Shown one piece after another: positions 37,416-46,597 of a DNA stretch of 64,000 bases. A program made the position numbers and the translations under genes. This DNA comes from Clostridia bacterium (lineage in GTDB: Bacteria > Bacillota > Clostridia > Oscillospirales > CAG-382): the NCBI GenBank assembly GCA_017397805.1, contig JAFQHW010000027.1, positions 5,286 to 69,285 on the forward strand, written 5' to 3'. Position 1 is the first letter of the stretch, and each line of letters starts with the position of its first letter. Below the pieces are notes generated by a model that did not search any database, was not told the DNA's origin, and worked only from the letters and a program-made list of their open reading frames with translations.

Positions 37416-38073
37416 AAAACCAATGGCTCTCCTTTCTATCGTCCAACAGGGAAAAGGAAAAAAGTTGATAAAGGAATTGATTAAATTAAAAGTAATAATC
37501 AACTTTCAAACCGTAGGTCTCGGTACGGCACCTACCGAAATGATGGATATTTTCGGTGTCGGCAGTCACGATAAGGATATAATCATCAGCATCGGTGCGG
37601 AAACGGATGTCAGAACGATGATGGCCGCATTCGCAGAGAACGTCCAAAGCCAATCTAAATACGGTGGACTGATGGTAGTCCTGGACGTATCTGCATCAAG
37701 CCGTCTATTGAATGAAATTCTCAATTTCGGCAACCAAAACACAGATAAGGAGTTTGCGCCCATGAAGAACGAGCATCACAACAATCTTATAGTAATTTCG
37801 GTTAACGAAGGTCATAGTGAGAGCGTGATGCAGATCGCTCGTAAGGCGGGCGCAACGGGCGGTACCGTTATCAAAGGTAGACTTGCTGACACCGAACAGT
37901 TTTCCGAGTTCGTAAAGACTGAGGTTGACAGCGAGCGTGAAATACTCTTCATTTTGGCTCCTGCCAAGGTTGGCGGTCAGATAATGGAGGACGTTAACCG
38001 CGAACATGGGCTTACGTCGGAAGCTAACGGTATAATCTTCGCTCTTCCCACCGAGAAAGCGTTTAAGATATAA
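37408..38073 (+). CDS. Fused tandem PII-like (GlnB-fold) signalling protein
   Basis: 221 aa, overlapping the DUF1538 gene by 8 nt. There are two beta-alpha-beta halves: ALLSIVQQGKGKKLIKELIK...IIISIGAET...GGLMVVLDVS and NLIVISVNEGHSESVMQIARKAGATGGTVIKGR...REILFILAP...GIIFALP. Confidence 0.65.
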   Translation: MIKKPMALLSIVQQGKGKKLIKELIKLKVIINFQTVGLGTAPTEMMDIFGVGSHDKDIIISIGAETDVRTMMAAFAENVQSQSKYGGLMVVLDVSASSRLLNEILNFGNQNTDKEFAPMKNEHHNNLIVISVNEGHSESVMQIARKAGATGGTVIKGRLADTEQFSEFVKTEVDSEREILFILAPAKVGGQIMEDVNREHGLTSEANGIIFALPTEKAFKI

Positions 38074-38090
38074 AGAGCTATAAAATTAAA

Positions 38091-38141
38091 AAGGCTGTTT
38101 CCAATGCACCGAATTTGCATTAAAAACAGCCTTGATTTTTT
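38091..38141. terminator. Bidirectional terminator between the PII-like gene and ygjV
   Basis: Stem AAGGCTGTTT / AAACAGCCTT with an inner ATGCA..TGCAT hairpin, followed by GATTTTTT. Confidence 0.75.
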
Positions 38142-38151
38142 ATGTAAACCG

Positions 38152-38676
38152 TTAACTCTCAGCCTTTTTTCTGTAGCGTATCAAAGAAACCGTAATGGAA
38201 ACAAGGGCAAAAAGCGAGCCTAACGATGCGCCGTATGCTTTGGAGATGAAGTTGTACACCAACCAAAACGGTGTGGCACATAAGCCCCATTTGCGCAGTG
38301 TTTGTTCGTCGTCGCACCACAAGCTGACGGTTTGGAAAATTGCGCCTGCAATGGGCAGCAGCTCAATATAGCTTCTTCTGAGTATCGCAATTCCGATACC
38401 AACCAGGAAAATTATCGTCAGTGTGGATACTACGATAATCTTTTTGTGCTTTTGGAAAGGCGGAGCATTTTTTCTCGCGGCAAAAAAAGAAGCCACGGTG
38501 GATAAAATATCCATCACAGCGCCGGAAAATGCGCCTAACAAAAGATATTGCAACACGTAAAAGGTGTTGGAGATAAATGTTACCCATACGATGTGTATCC
38601 GCTTTTTAAGCTGATAGCTCAACAGATATAAGCCTACCGCCAAAAAGCCGATTATTTGCGTGATAATCATTAACAT
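38152..38676 (-). CDS. YgjV-family inner membrane protein
   Basis: 174 aa with five or more TM segments. The N-terminal half IIGFLAVGLYLLSYQ...VLQYLLLG is typical of the family, as I recall it. Confidence 0.6.
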   Translation of the reverse strand: MLMIITQIIGFLAVGLYLLSYQLKKRIHIVWVTFISNTFYVLQYLLLGAFSGAVMDILSTVASFFAARKNAPPFQKHKKIIVVSTLTIIFLVGIGIAILRRSYIELLPIAGAIFQTVSLWCDDEQTLRKWGLCATPFWLVYNFISKAYGASLGSLFALVSITVSLIRYRKKAES

Positions 38677-38708
38677 AACGGTTTCCCCCTAAACGATTCC
38701 CCATTATA

Positions 38709-38897
38709 TCACAAGGTCAACGCAAAAGCAACACCTTGCAGCGCATCACGCAAAAGATATTGTAGCACGTTGCGAACAAGATATAAAATAAAATTGAATT
38801 TTCCTTTTATGAACTGTCTTCCGAAATCACCCCATTCATGCCATCGATGATTAATACTGTTGTATTTCCCCACGATAAAGCCAATTGATTTGAACAC
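38709..38897 (-). pseudogene. Decayed fragment of a second ygjV-like gene
   Basis: The 62-aa ORF contains IGF...VLQYLLRDALQG, paralleling IGF...VLQYLLLGAFSG of the adjacent gene. At the DNA level, CAAAAGATATTGTAGCACGT matches CAAAAGATATTGCAACACGT near 38540. Confidence 0.5.
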
Positions 38898-38970
38898 GAT
38901 TTGTAATACATTTAAAACATTCCAAAATCGGAACCACCGGTACAGACTTTGATTCTGATTGTATAAGGAA

Positions 38971-39018
38971 ACGACCTCATAGAATTTTATCTGCGAGGTC
39001 GTAATTTTATTTTGTTTT
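38971..39018 (+). terminator. Orphan terminator-like hairpin with no plus-strand gene upstream
   Basis: Stem ACGACCTC / GAGGTCGT followed by AATTTTATTTTGTTTT. Confidence 0.4.
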
Positions 39019-39061
39019 GCCTATTGTGTTATAAGGCGGGTTGCCTTTTCACAATATAAAC

Positions 39062-39110
39062 CTAATTACTTAGGCTCTTTGATCGAGGCCTGTGGTGCTA
39101 TCTGCAAAAG
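39062..39110 (-). pseudogene. Relic of a ppdK 3' end (last ~15 codons plus stop)
   Basis: The minus strand reads ...PLLQIAPQASIKEPK* versus the authentic PIARLAAAQASIKESK* at 39614. At the DNA level, 39062-39098 matches 39610-39646 at about 30 of 37 positions. Confidence 0.6.
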
Positions 39111-39145
39111 AGGGAAATAAAACATTAATTATAGGACTTTGGGTG

Positions 39146-39508
39146 TTAGTTTTTATTTCCGTACACAGCAAATATATCATCCATTTCGGCAGGTAAATTA
39201 AAAGAACTGTTTACACAGATCACCTCAACCTTGTCCCAACTATCTTTAAGGCAAATATCATCAACCGTTTTCTTAACATACAATTCTTCAAAATCCTTAT
39301 AAAATATCTCACCTGAACCACGATGGTCCGCGGGCCATCCATTCTTAATCATTACGTTAGAATAACCACAGCGTTGAAACGAAATATTATCTTCATATTT
39401 GACAAGCATATAGGTTTCTTTGGTATCGGTAAAACAAAATTCGCATTCTGAATGATGTGGGATTAAGTTGAAAATTTCAAGAAATTTCTCATATGATATT
39501 ACTGCCAT
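39146..39508 (-). CDS. Hypothetical protein (orphan, 120 aa) with its own promoter
   Basis: ATG at 39508 preceded by GGAGTG. The minus-strand promoter is TTGAAG (39558-39553), 17 nt, TATAAT (39535-39530). No family recognised. Confidence 0.55.
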   Translation of the reverse strand: MAVISYEKFLEIFNLIPHHSECEFCFTDTKETYMLVKYEDNISFQRCGYSNVMIKNGWPADHRGSGEIFYKDFEELYVKKTVDDICLKDSWDKVEVICVNSSFNLPAEMDDIFAVYGNKN

Positions 39509-39561
39509 GGTTATCACTCCTATTTTTGTATTATAACACACGTTTGTCAAATCTTCAACAA

Positions 39562-39591
39562 ATCCCTCTGCCGATTATTCAGCAGAGGGAT
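39562..39591 (-). terminator. Terminator after ppdK
   Basis: Stem ATCCCTCTGC / GCAGAGGGAT followed on the minus strand by TTTGTTG. Confidence 0.7.
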
Positions 39592-39613
39592 GAATTTTGC
39601 TTTATAAATCTAA

Positions 39614-42244
39614 TTATTTAGATTCTTTGATCGAGGCTTGCGCCGCCGCGAGTCTCGCTATAGGCACACGGAAAGGAGAGCAAGAAACGTAGTCGAGACC
39701 TATTTTGTGGCAGAACTCAACGGAAACGGGGTCGCCGCCGTGTTCGCCGCAGATACCGCAGTGGATATTGGGACGAGCTTGCTTGCCGAGAGTAACAGCC
39801 ATTTCCATAAGCTTACCAACGCCGTTTTGGTCAAGCTTTGCGAAGGGATCGTTTTCGTACACCTTAGCTTCGTAGTACGCGCTGAGGAACTTGCCTGCAT
39901 CGTCACGGCTGAAGCCGAAGGTCATCTGAGTAAGGTCGTTGGTACCGAAGCAGAAGAACTCAGCTTCCTTAGCCATCTCGTCAGCGGTAAGACAAGCTCT
40001 GGGGATTTCTATCATAGTGCCAACTTCGTACTTAAGCTGGGCGCCTGCGGCGGCGATCTCAGCATCAGCGGTTGCAACAACAACGTCCTTAACGTACTTA
40101 AGTTCTTTAACTTCGCCGGTAAGAGGAATCATGATCTCGGGAACGAGGTCCCAATCGGGATGCGCTTTCTTAATGTTGATAGCCGCGCGGATAACTGCGC
40201 TGGTCTGCATCTTTGCAATTTCGGGATAGGTAACGGTAAGACGGCAACCGCGGTGACCCATCATGGGGTTAAACTCGTGCAGAGAGGTAATGATATTCTT
40301 AATATCTTCAACGGATTTGCCTTGTGCATCGGCGAGAGCCTTGATGTCGGCTTCTTCGGTGGGAACGAACTCGTGAAGAGGAGGGTCAAGGAATCGGATG
40401 CAAACGGGCATACCCTCAAGAGCTTCGTAAATCTTTTCAAAGTCGCCTTGCTGATAGGGAAGTATCTTTGCAAGCGCCGCTTCGCGTTCTTCAACGGTGT
40501 CGGCACAAATCATTTCGCGGAAAGCGGCAATTCTCTCTGCCTCAAAGAACATATGCTCGGTACGGCAAAGACCGATACCTTCAGCGCCAAGCTCACGAGC
40601 TTTTTTAGCGTCTGCGGGAGTGTCCGCATTTGTGCGAACCTTTAGTGTTCTGAATTCGTCAGCCCATGCCATAAGTCTGCCGAATTCGCCTGCGATTTCA
40701 GCATCAACGGTGGGGATGATACCATCGTATATATTACCGGTAGAGCCGTCAAGGGAAATATAATCGCCTTCATTATATGTCTTACCGCTTAGGGTAAACT
40801 TTTTGTTTTCCTCGTCCATTATAATCTCACCGCAACCGGAAACACAGCAAGTACCCATGCCGCGTGCAACAACAGCCGCGTGAGAGGTCATACCGCCGCG
40901 AACGGTGAGTATGCCCTGAGAAGCCTTCATACCCGTTATATCTTCGGGAGAGGTTTCAAGACGAACGAGTATAACCTTTTCGCCGCGTGCGTTCCAAGCA
41001 TCAGCGTCTTCGGCTGTAAATACAACCTTACCGCAAGCCGCACCGGGAGATGCACCCAGACCCTTGCCGGCGGGAACGGCGGCCTTAAGAGCCTTAGCAT
41101 CAAACTGAGGATGGAGAAGGGTATCGAGGTTGCGGGGATCTATCATCGCAACAGCCTTCTTCTTATCTATCATGCCTTCATCAACAAGGTCACAAGCTAT
41201 TTTAAGAGCTGCTTTTGCGGTTCTCTTTCCGTTGCGCGTCTGAAGCATAAAGAGTTTGCCGTGTTCAATGGTGAACTCCATATCCTGCATATCGCGGTAG
41301 TGATCTTCAAGTATGCCGCAAACCTTTGTGAATTCATCAAAAGCTTCGGGGAATTTGCTTGCCATTTCTGCAATGGGCATAGGAGTACGAACGCCTGCAA
41401 CAACGTCTTCGCCTTGAGCATTGGTGAGGAATTCGCCCATAAGACCTTTTTCACCGGTTGCAGGGTCACGTGTAAACGCAACGCCCGTACCACAGTCGTC
41501 GCCCATGTTACCAAATGCCATCATCTGTACGTTAACGGCGGTACCCCAGGAGTAGGGAATATCGTTGTCGCGACGGTAAACGTTAGCTCTGGGGTTATCC
41601 CAAGAACGGAAAACCGCGGTCACAGCGCCCATAAGCTGTTTTTTGGGATCGGTGGGGAAGTCTTCGCCGATCTTGTTCTTGTACTCAGCCTTGAACTGTT
41701 CAGCAAGAGTCTTAAGGTCGTCGGCAGTAAGGTCAACGTCCTGGGTAACGCCCTTGTCTTTCTTCATCTCGTCGATAAGTTCTTCAAAATACTTCTTACC
41801 AACTTCCATTACTACGTCGGAATACATCTGTATAAATCTTCTGTAGCAATCGTATGCCCAGCGAGCGTTGCCCGACTGAGTAGCCATGGTTTCAACAACC
41901 TCTTCGTTAAGACCGAGGTTAAGAATAGTGTCCATCATGCCGGGCATAGAGGCACGGGCGCCTGAGCGAACGGAAACGAGAAGGGGATTTTCCTTATCTC
42001 CGAACTTCTTGCCGGTTATACCTTCAAGTTTGTCAATATATTCCATTATTTGAGCTTGTATTTCATCGTTAATAACTTTGCCGTCTTCATAGTATTGAGT
42101 GCAAGCTTCTGTAGAAACGGTAAAACCTTGAGGCACGGGAAGACCGATATTGGTCATCTCAGCCAGATTTGCGCCCTTGCCGCCTAATAGCTCGCGCATT
42201 TGACCGTTGCCTTCACTGAACAGATAAACATACTTTTTTGCCAT
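39614..42244 (-). CDS. ppdK: Pyruvate, phosphate dikinase
   Basis: 876 aa with the phosphohistidine motif GGMTSHAAVVARG and the PEP-utilising motifs GLCRTEHMF and FFCFGTNDLTQ. Confidence 0.98.
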   Translation of the reverse strand: MAKKYVYLFSEGNGQMRELLGGKGANLAEMTNIGLPVPQGFTVSTEACTQYYEDGKVINDEIQAQIMEYIDKLEGITGKKFGDKENPLLVSVRSGARASMPGMMDTILNLGLNEEVVETMATQSGNARWAYDCYRRFIQMYSDVVMEVGKKYFEELIDEMKKDKGVTQDVDLTADDLKTLAEQFKAEYKNKIGEDFPTDPKKQLMGAVTAVFRSWDNPRANVYRRDNDIPYSWGTAVNVQMMAFGNMGDDCGTGVAFTRDPATGEKGLMGEFLTNAQGEDVVAGVRTPMPIAEMASKFPEAFDEFTKVCGILEDHYRDMQDMEFTIEHGKLFMLQTRNGKRTAKAALKIACDLVDEGMIDKKKAVAMIDPRNLDTLLHPQFDAKALKAAVPAGKGLGASPGAACGKVVFTAEDADAWNARGEKVILVRLETSPEDITGMKASQGILTVRGGMTSHAAVVARGMGTCCVSGCGEIIMDEENKKFTLSGKTYNEGDYISLDGSTGNIYDGIIPTVDAEIAGEFGRLMAWADEFRTLKVRTNADTPADAKKARELGAEGIGLCRTEHMFFEAERIAAFREMICADTVEEREAALAKILPYQQGDFEKIYEALEGMPVCIRFLDPPLHEFVPTEEADIKALADAQGKSVEDIKNIITSLHEFNPMMGHRGCRLTVTYPEIAKMQTSAVIRAAINIKKAHPDWDLVPEIMIPLTGEVKELKYVKDVVVATADAEIAAAGAQLKYEVGTMIEIPRACLTADEMAKEAEFFCFGTNDLTQMTFGFSRDDAGKFLSAYYEAKVYENDPFAKLDQNGVGKLMEMAVTLGKQARPNIHCGICGEHGGDPVSVEFCHKIGLDYVSCSPFRVPIARLAAAQASIKESK

Positions 42245-42397
42245 AAAATCCTCCTAAATCGCAATTTGTAATAAAATTACATTTATCAAGCAATTATATC
42301 ATATTTTTTTTATATATGCTATATAAAACTAAAAAAATACTTAATAAAAATTCACCGTGTTTTTTGAGTGTTTTTACTAAAAAACGGTAAAATACGG

Positions 42398-42426
42398 TTG
42401 ACAAAAATAAATCAAAAGGGTATATT
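42398..42426 (+). promoter_or_regulatory. Promoter for pth-mfd
   Basis: TTGACA (42398-42403), 17 nt, TATATT (42421-42426). Confidence 0.6.
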
Positions 42427-42465
42427 AATATAGAGTATTATGCAAAAACCGAGGTCGTATATTTT

Positions 42466-43074
42466 ATGAATATTTTCTCAGCTTTCAAAAAAGCTAATAT
42501 AGATTTTGTGCTTGTGGGGCTTGGAAATCCCGGCAAACAGTACGAAAAAACAAGACATAATGTAGGTTTTAACGCCATTGATTATATAGCGGACAAGTGT
42601 TCCGTAAGGCTTAATAAGCTAAAGTTTTCCGCCTTGACCGAGAAGTGCGTTATCGGTGATAAAAACGTCTTACTCGTTAAGCCTCAAACATATATGAACA
42701 ACAGCGGCGAAGCCGTTGGCGCTATCGCGAGATTTTATAAGTTGACTCCCGAAAAAATCATAGTAATATGTGACGATATCGCTTTGCCTTGCGGAGCGTT
42801 AAGACTTCGTATGAAGGGCAGTGCGGGCGGTCATAACGGACTTAAATCTATAAACGCACACCTAAAAAGCGAGCTTTATCCCCGTATAAAAATCGGCGTG
42901 GGTGAGAAGCCTTCCCCCGAATACGATTTGGCAGATTGGGTGCTTGGTGTGCCCACCGCCGGCGACATTAAGTTGATCGAAAACAGAAACGATGACATTC
43001 TCAAGACCGTTGAGCTGCTTGTTCAGGGTAAGACCGATGCGGCGTTAAACGAGTGTAACAGGGCGATTAAATGA
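42466..43074 (+). CDS. pth: Peptidyl-tRNA hydrolase
   Basis: 202 aa with LVGLGNPG, TRHNVGF and GGHNGLKS. Confidence 0.96.
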   Translation: MNIFSAFKKANIDFVLVGLGNPGKQYEKTRHNVGFNAIDYIADKCSVRLNKLKFSALTEKCVIGDKNVLLVKPQTYMNNSGEAVGAIARFYKLTPEKIIVICDDIALPCGALRLRMKGSAGGHNGLKSINAHLKSELYPRIKIGVGEKPSPEYDLADWVLGVPTAGDIKLIENRNDDILKTVELLVQGKTDAALNECNRAIK

Positions 43075-46000
43075 ATGTAATCAGAGAAACCATAAAGAAC
43101 GATAAGGACTTTTCGGCGCTGTTGCGCTCCGTCAAGGCGGGAGAAACACCTGCTCTTGTAAACGGAGTGTGCGACAGTGCTTTGTCTGCTTTTGCGGCCG
43201 CAGTTGCTTCTGAGTGCGGTAAAAAGCTTTTGTATATCTTGCCCGATGAAAAACAAGCACTTGCTATGCAGAAGGAACTGTCCGTTTATATGGACAGGGT
43301 TTTGTTTTATCCTTCAAGGAATATTTTGTTCGACACCGTTGAAACATATTCCAGAGAATGGGAACAAAATCGGATCTCGGTTTTGTATTCTATGCTTTTA
43401 GGTGAATTTGACTGTGTGGTTACGGTGCCGGATGCGGTCATGCAATATACGGTTCCCGCCGATGTGCTGATAAACTGTGCCGTTACGCTGAAACGCGGTG
43501 ACCGAGCCGATATAACCGAGCTTTGTGAAAAACTCGTGCTTATGGGGTACACCAGGTCTGAATTCGTTGAAGGGGCAGGGCAGTTTTCTCTGCGCGGCGG
43601 TATTCTTGACGTTTTCTCCACAGGGGACAATAAACCCGTCAGGATAGACTTTTTTGATGACGAAGTGGATTTGGTAGGGCATTTTGACGTGCTGACTCAA
43701 AGAAGAGTCGATAATATAACCCAATTCACGTTGCTTCCCGTATCTGAAAACGTTTGTTCGGAAGACAAAAAGACCGAAGTGCTTAAATACTTGGAAAAAA
43801 TGTTGACCGATTCTTCTATAAGCTTTTCTTCTGCGGAGATATTGAGAAAAGAACGAGAAGCTTTGCTCGGCGGCGGTAATATACTTTGCCCCGATAAGTA
43901 CCGGGCTATCATATACGATACCAAGGCAACGGTTTTGGATTATGCCGTCGGTTGTCTTACGCTAATCAAGGACAGTAAGCGTATAAGCGAGCGCGCAAGA
44001 GCGTATTTTTGGGAGCACACACAAGCTCTTGAACGGCTGACGGATAGCGGAACAGGTGATTACGAAACGGCTCTTTGTTGCATGACTGATAGAGATTTCG
44101 TAGCTTTGAGCCGTAAAAACGGTGTGATTTTTGATGCTTTTTTGGCAGGTGCGAAGAGCGAAGACTTTAAAAGTTATGCCAATATCACTACCAAACATAA
44201 CAGTACCGCGGGATTGAGCGTTGAACTGTTAGCGGAGGAATTTCTTGCTCTTGCCTCTGCAGAGCAAAAAATATTGTATATCCCAAGGAACGAACAAGGT
44301 AAGGAAAACGCCCTCTCTGTTTTATCGGATAAGGGTGTAGACGTATTTGAATTCGACGGCGCGTTAAAAAACGGCAAGGTAGCGGTAGCTAACATATCCC
44401 AAGGTGAGCTTAAAGGGTTTGAGGTGCCGTCTGCTTCGTTTGCGCTGGTGGTGGAAGAAGCTCCCGTTAAAAGAAAGGTACCGCGACGTAGCGTAAGCGC
44501 GGTAAAAAGCGAAAGGCTTACTTCCTATGCGGATCTGAGCATTGGTGACTACGTGGTGCATATTAATCACGGCATAGGCAGATTCGAGGGCCTGCACAAT
44601 ATGACTACCGAAGGCGTTGCGAGAGATTACATCAAGATCTCCTACGCGGCTGGCGACAGTCTGTACGTTCCGTGCACTCAGCTTGATTCCGTAAGTAAAT
44701 TTATAGGTAATACAGAAACCGTAAAGGTTCACAGACTTGGCGGAACCGAGTGGCACCGTGCAAAAAGCCGTGCAAAGGCCGCGGCGAAAAATATTGCAAA
44801 GGAGCTTTTGCAACTATACAGTGCAAGAAAGCAAAGGATTGCCTTCGGTTGTTATCCCGACGATGAAATGCAGGAAGAATTTGAAGCTTCCTTTGAGTAT
44901 CCCGAAACGGAGGGACAGCTTATTGCCGCTAAAGAAATCAAAACCGATATGGAAGACTCCGTTCCCATGGAAAGATTGCTTTGCGGTGACGTTGGATTCG
45001 GAAAAACCGAGGTTGCTTTGCGTGCGGTATTCAAGGCGGTCAATTCCGGTAAGCAGGTAGCTATACTCGTACCAACGACCTTGCTTGCTTGGCAGCATTT
45101 CCAAACCATGAAAAGCCGTTTTAAAGGCTTTCCCATTGAAGTGGCAATGCTCTCAAGCCTTAACGAAAAACGAATAAACGATACGGTCGTTTCTGATTTA
45201 AAAAGAGGGCGTGTTGATGTAGTCGTGGGCACGCACCGCATATTGCAAAAAGATATAGGCTTTAAGGACTTAGGTCTGCTCGTTATAGATGAAGAACAGC
45301 GCTTTGGCGTTACTCATAAGGAGCGCATAAAAACTCTTGCAAGGGGGATACACACCCTAACTCTTTCCGCTACGCCCATACCTCGCACACTCAATATGGC
45401 ATTAAGCGGAATAAGGGATATGTCGGTTTTGGAGGATGCTCCTTCGGATCGTTTGCCCGTACAGAGCTACGTTTTGGAATATGACGAGGACATTGTTTGC
45501 GAAGCCATAGCCAGAGAGCTTAGACGAGGCGGTCAGGTCTTTTATTTGATAAACAATACCGAGCTGATGTTTGCAAAGGCGGCTCTTCTTTCCGAGCGTT
45601 TTCCGGACAAGGTTATATCTGTCGGTAACGGTCAAATGGAAAAGGATAAGCTTTCTGCGGTATGGGAATCAATGGTAAAAGGCGAAACCGACGTGCTTAT
45701 TTGTACGACTATAATTGAAACCGGTATAGACGTTCCGAACGCCAATACGCTGATAATTGAAGATGCTGACCGTATGGGGCTTTCCCAGCTCCATCAGATA
45801 AGGGGTAGGGTAGGACGTTCTTCACGCAGGGCGTATGCATATTTCACCTACAGTCCCGGAAAATTGCTTACGGAAATCGCCCAAAAGCGTTTGCAGGCTA
45901 TCCGTGAATATACTGAGTTCGGTAGCGGATTTAAGATTGCGATGCGCGATTTGGAAATAAGAGGTGCGGGAAATCTTTTGGGTGCCGAACAGCACGGTCA

Positions 46001-46535
46001 TATAGAAAGTATAGGCTACGACCTATACGTTAAGCTGTTAAAAGAAGCGGTTGATGAGGAAAAAGGTATCGTTACTCCCGCGGAGAAGGATTGCTCCTTG
46101 GATATTTCCATAGATGCGTATATTCCGGAGGATTATATATCTTCACAAGCCGTTCGAATCGATATGTACAGAAAAATTGCATCGGTACGCAACACTGAGG
46201 ATGCTGACGATTTAGAGGATGAGCTGACAGACAGATTCGGCGATTTGCCGCGAACGGTCTCTAATTTGATAACCGCTTCTCTCTGCAGACACAAGGCGGC
46301 GGCTTTCGGGTTCAGCTCCGTTGAACAAAAGGGTGCGCTTATTTCGCTGTATCATGATAATTTGGACATAAAAATATGTTCGGCTTTAAGTGTAAGTACA
46401 GAATTCCGCGGTAGAATAATGCTGTCTGTCGGAACTAAGCCTCATATTTCCTGTAAATTGAAGGCGGGAGAGGGCGTTTTGAAAATGCTTACACTTTTAT
46501 TGGATGCGTATGGGAAATTGTGCGAAAATCTATAG
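43071..46535 (+). CDS. mfd: Transcription-repair coupling factor
   Basis: 1154 aa with the RNAP-interacting region DYVVHINHGIG and the helicase motifs GDVGFGKTEVA, VIDEEQRFG and QLHQIRGRVGRS. Confidence 0.98.
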   Translation: MNVIRETIKNDKDFSALLRSVKAGETPALVNGVCDSALSAFAAAVASECGKKLLYILPDEKQALAMQKELSVYMDRVLFYPSRNILFDTVETYSREWEQNRISVLYSMLLGEFDCVVTVPDAVMQYTVPADVLINCAVTLKRGDRADITELCEKLVLMGYTRSEFVEGAGQFSLRGGILDVFSTGDNKPVRIDFFDDEVDLVGHFDVLTQRRVDNITQFTLLPVSENVCSEDKKTEVLKYLEKMLTDSSISFSSAEILRKEREALLGGGNILCPDKYRAIIYDTKATVLDYAVGCLTLIKDSKRISERARAYFWEHTQALERLTDSGTGDYETALCCMTDRDFVALSRKNGVIFDAFLAGAKSEDFKSYANITTKHNSTAGLSVELLAEEFLALASAEQKILYIPRNEQGKENALSVLSDKGVDVFEFDGALKNGKVAVANISQGELKGFEVPSASFALVVEEAPVKRKVPRRSVSAVKSERLTSYADLSIGDYVVHINHGIGRFEGLHNMTTEGVARDYIKISYAAGDSLYVPCTQLDSVSKFIGNTETVKVHRLGGTEWHRAKSRAKAAAKNIAKELLQLYSARKQRIAFGCYPDDEMQEEFEASFEYPETEGQLIAAKEIKTDMEDSVPMERLLCGDVGFGKTEVALRAVFKAVNSGKQVAILVPTTLLAWQHFQTMKSRFKGFPIEVAMLSSLNEKRINDTVVSDLKRGRVDVVVGTHRILQKDIGFKDLGLLVIDEEQRFGVTHKERIKTLARGIHTLTLSATPIPRTLNMALSGIRDMSVLEDAPSDRLPVQSYVLEYDEDIVCEAIARELRRGGQVFYLINNTELMFAKAALLSERFPDKVISVGNGQMEKDKLSAVWESMVKGETDVLICTTIIETGIDVPNANTLIIEDADRMGLSQLHQIRGRVGRSSRRAYAYFTYSPGKLLTEIAQKRLQAIREYTEFGSGFKIAMRDLEIRGAGNLLGAEQHGHIESIGYDLYVKLLKEAVDEEKGIVTPAEKDCSLDISIDAYIPEDYISSQAVRIDMYRKIASVRNTEDADDLEDELTDRFGDLPRTVSNLITASLCRHKAAAFGFSSVEQKGALISLYHDNLDIKICSALSVSTEFRGRIMLSVGTKPHISCKLKAGEGVLKMLTLLLDAYGKLCENL

Positions 46536-46597
46536 ACAAAGAACTAAAAATGTTGTATAATAGCAAGAAGAGTGCTATTCCCTTAGGAGGGTATGTT

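Noticed and set aside
39638-41965. Two long plus-strand ORFs (335 aa and 361 aa) antisense to ppdK
   Set aside because: These are shadow ORFs on the opposite strand of a highly conserved gene. The translations are low-complexity with no motifs, and they have no RBS or promoter.
42245-42465. 220-bp AT-rich divergent region between ppdK and pth screened for structured RNA
   Set aside because: It contains homopolymeric A/T tracts and promoter elements only, with no stable hairpins.
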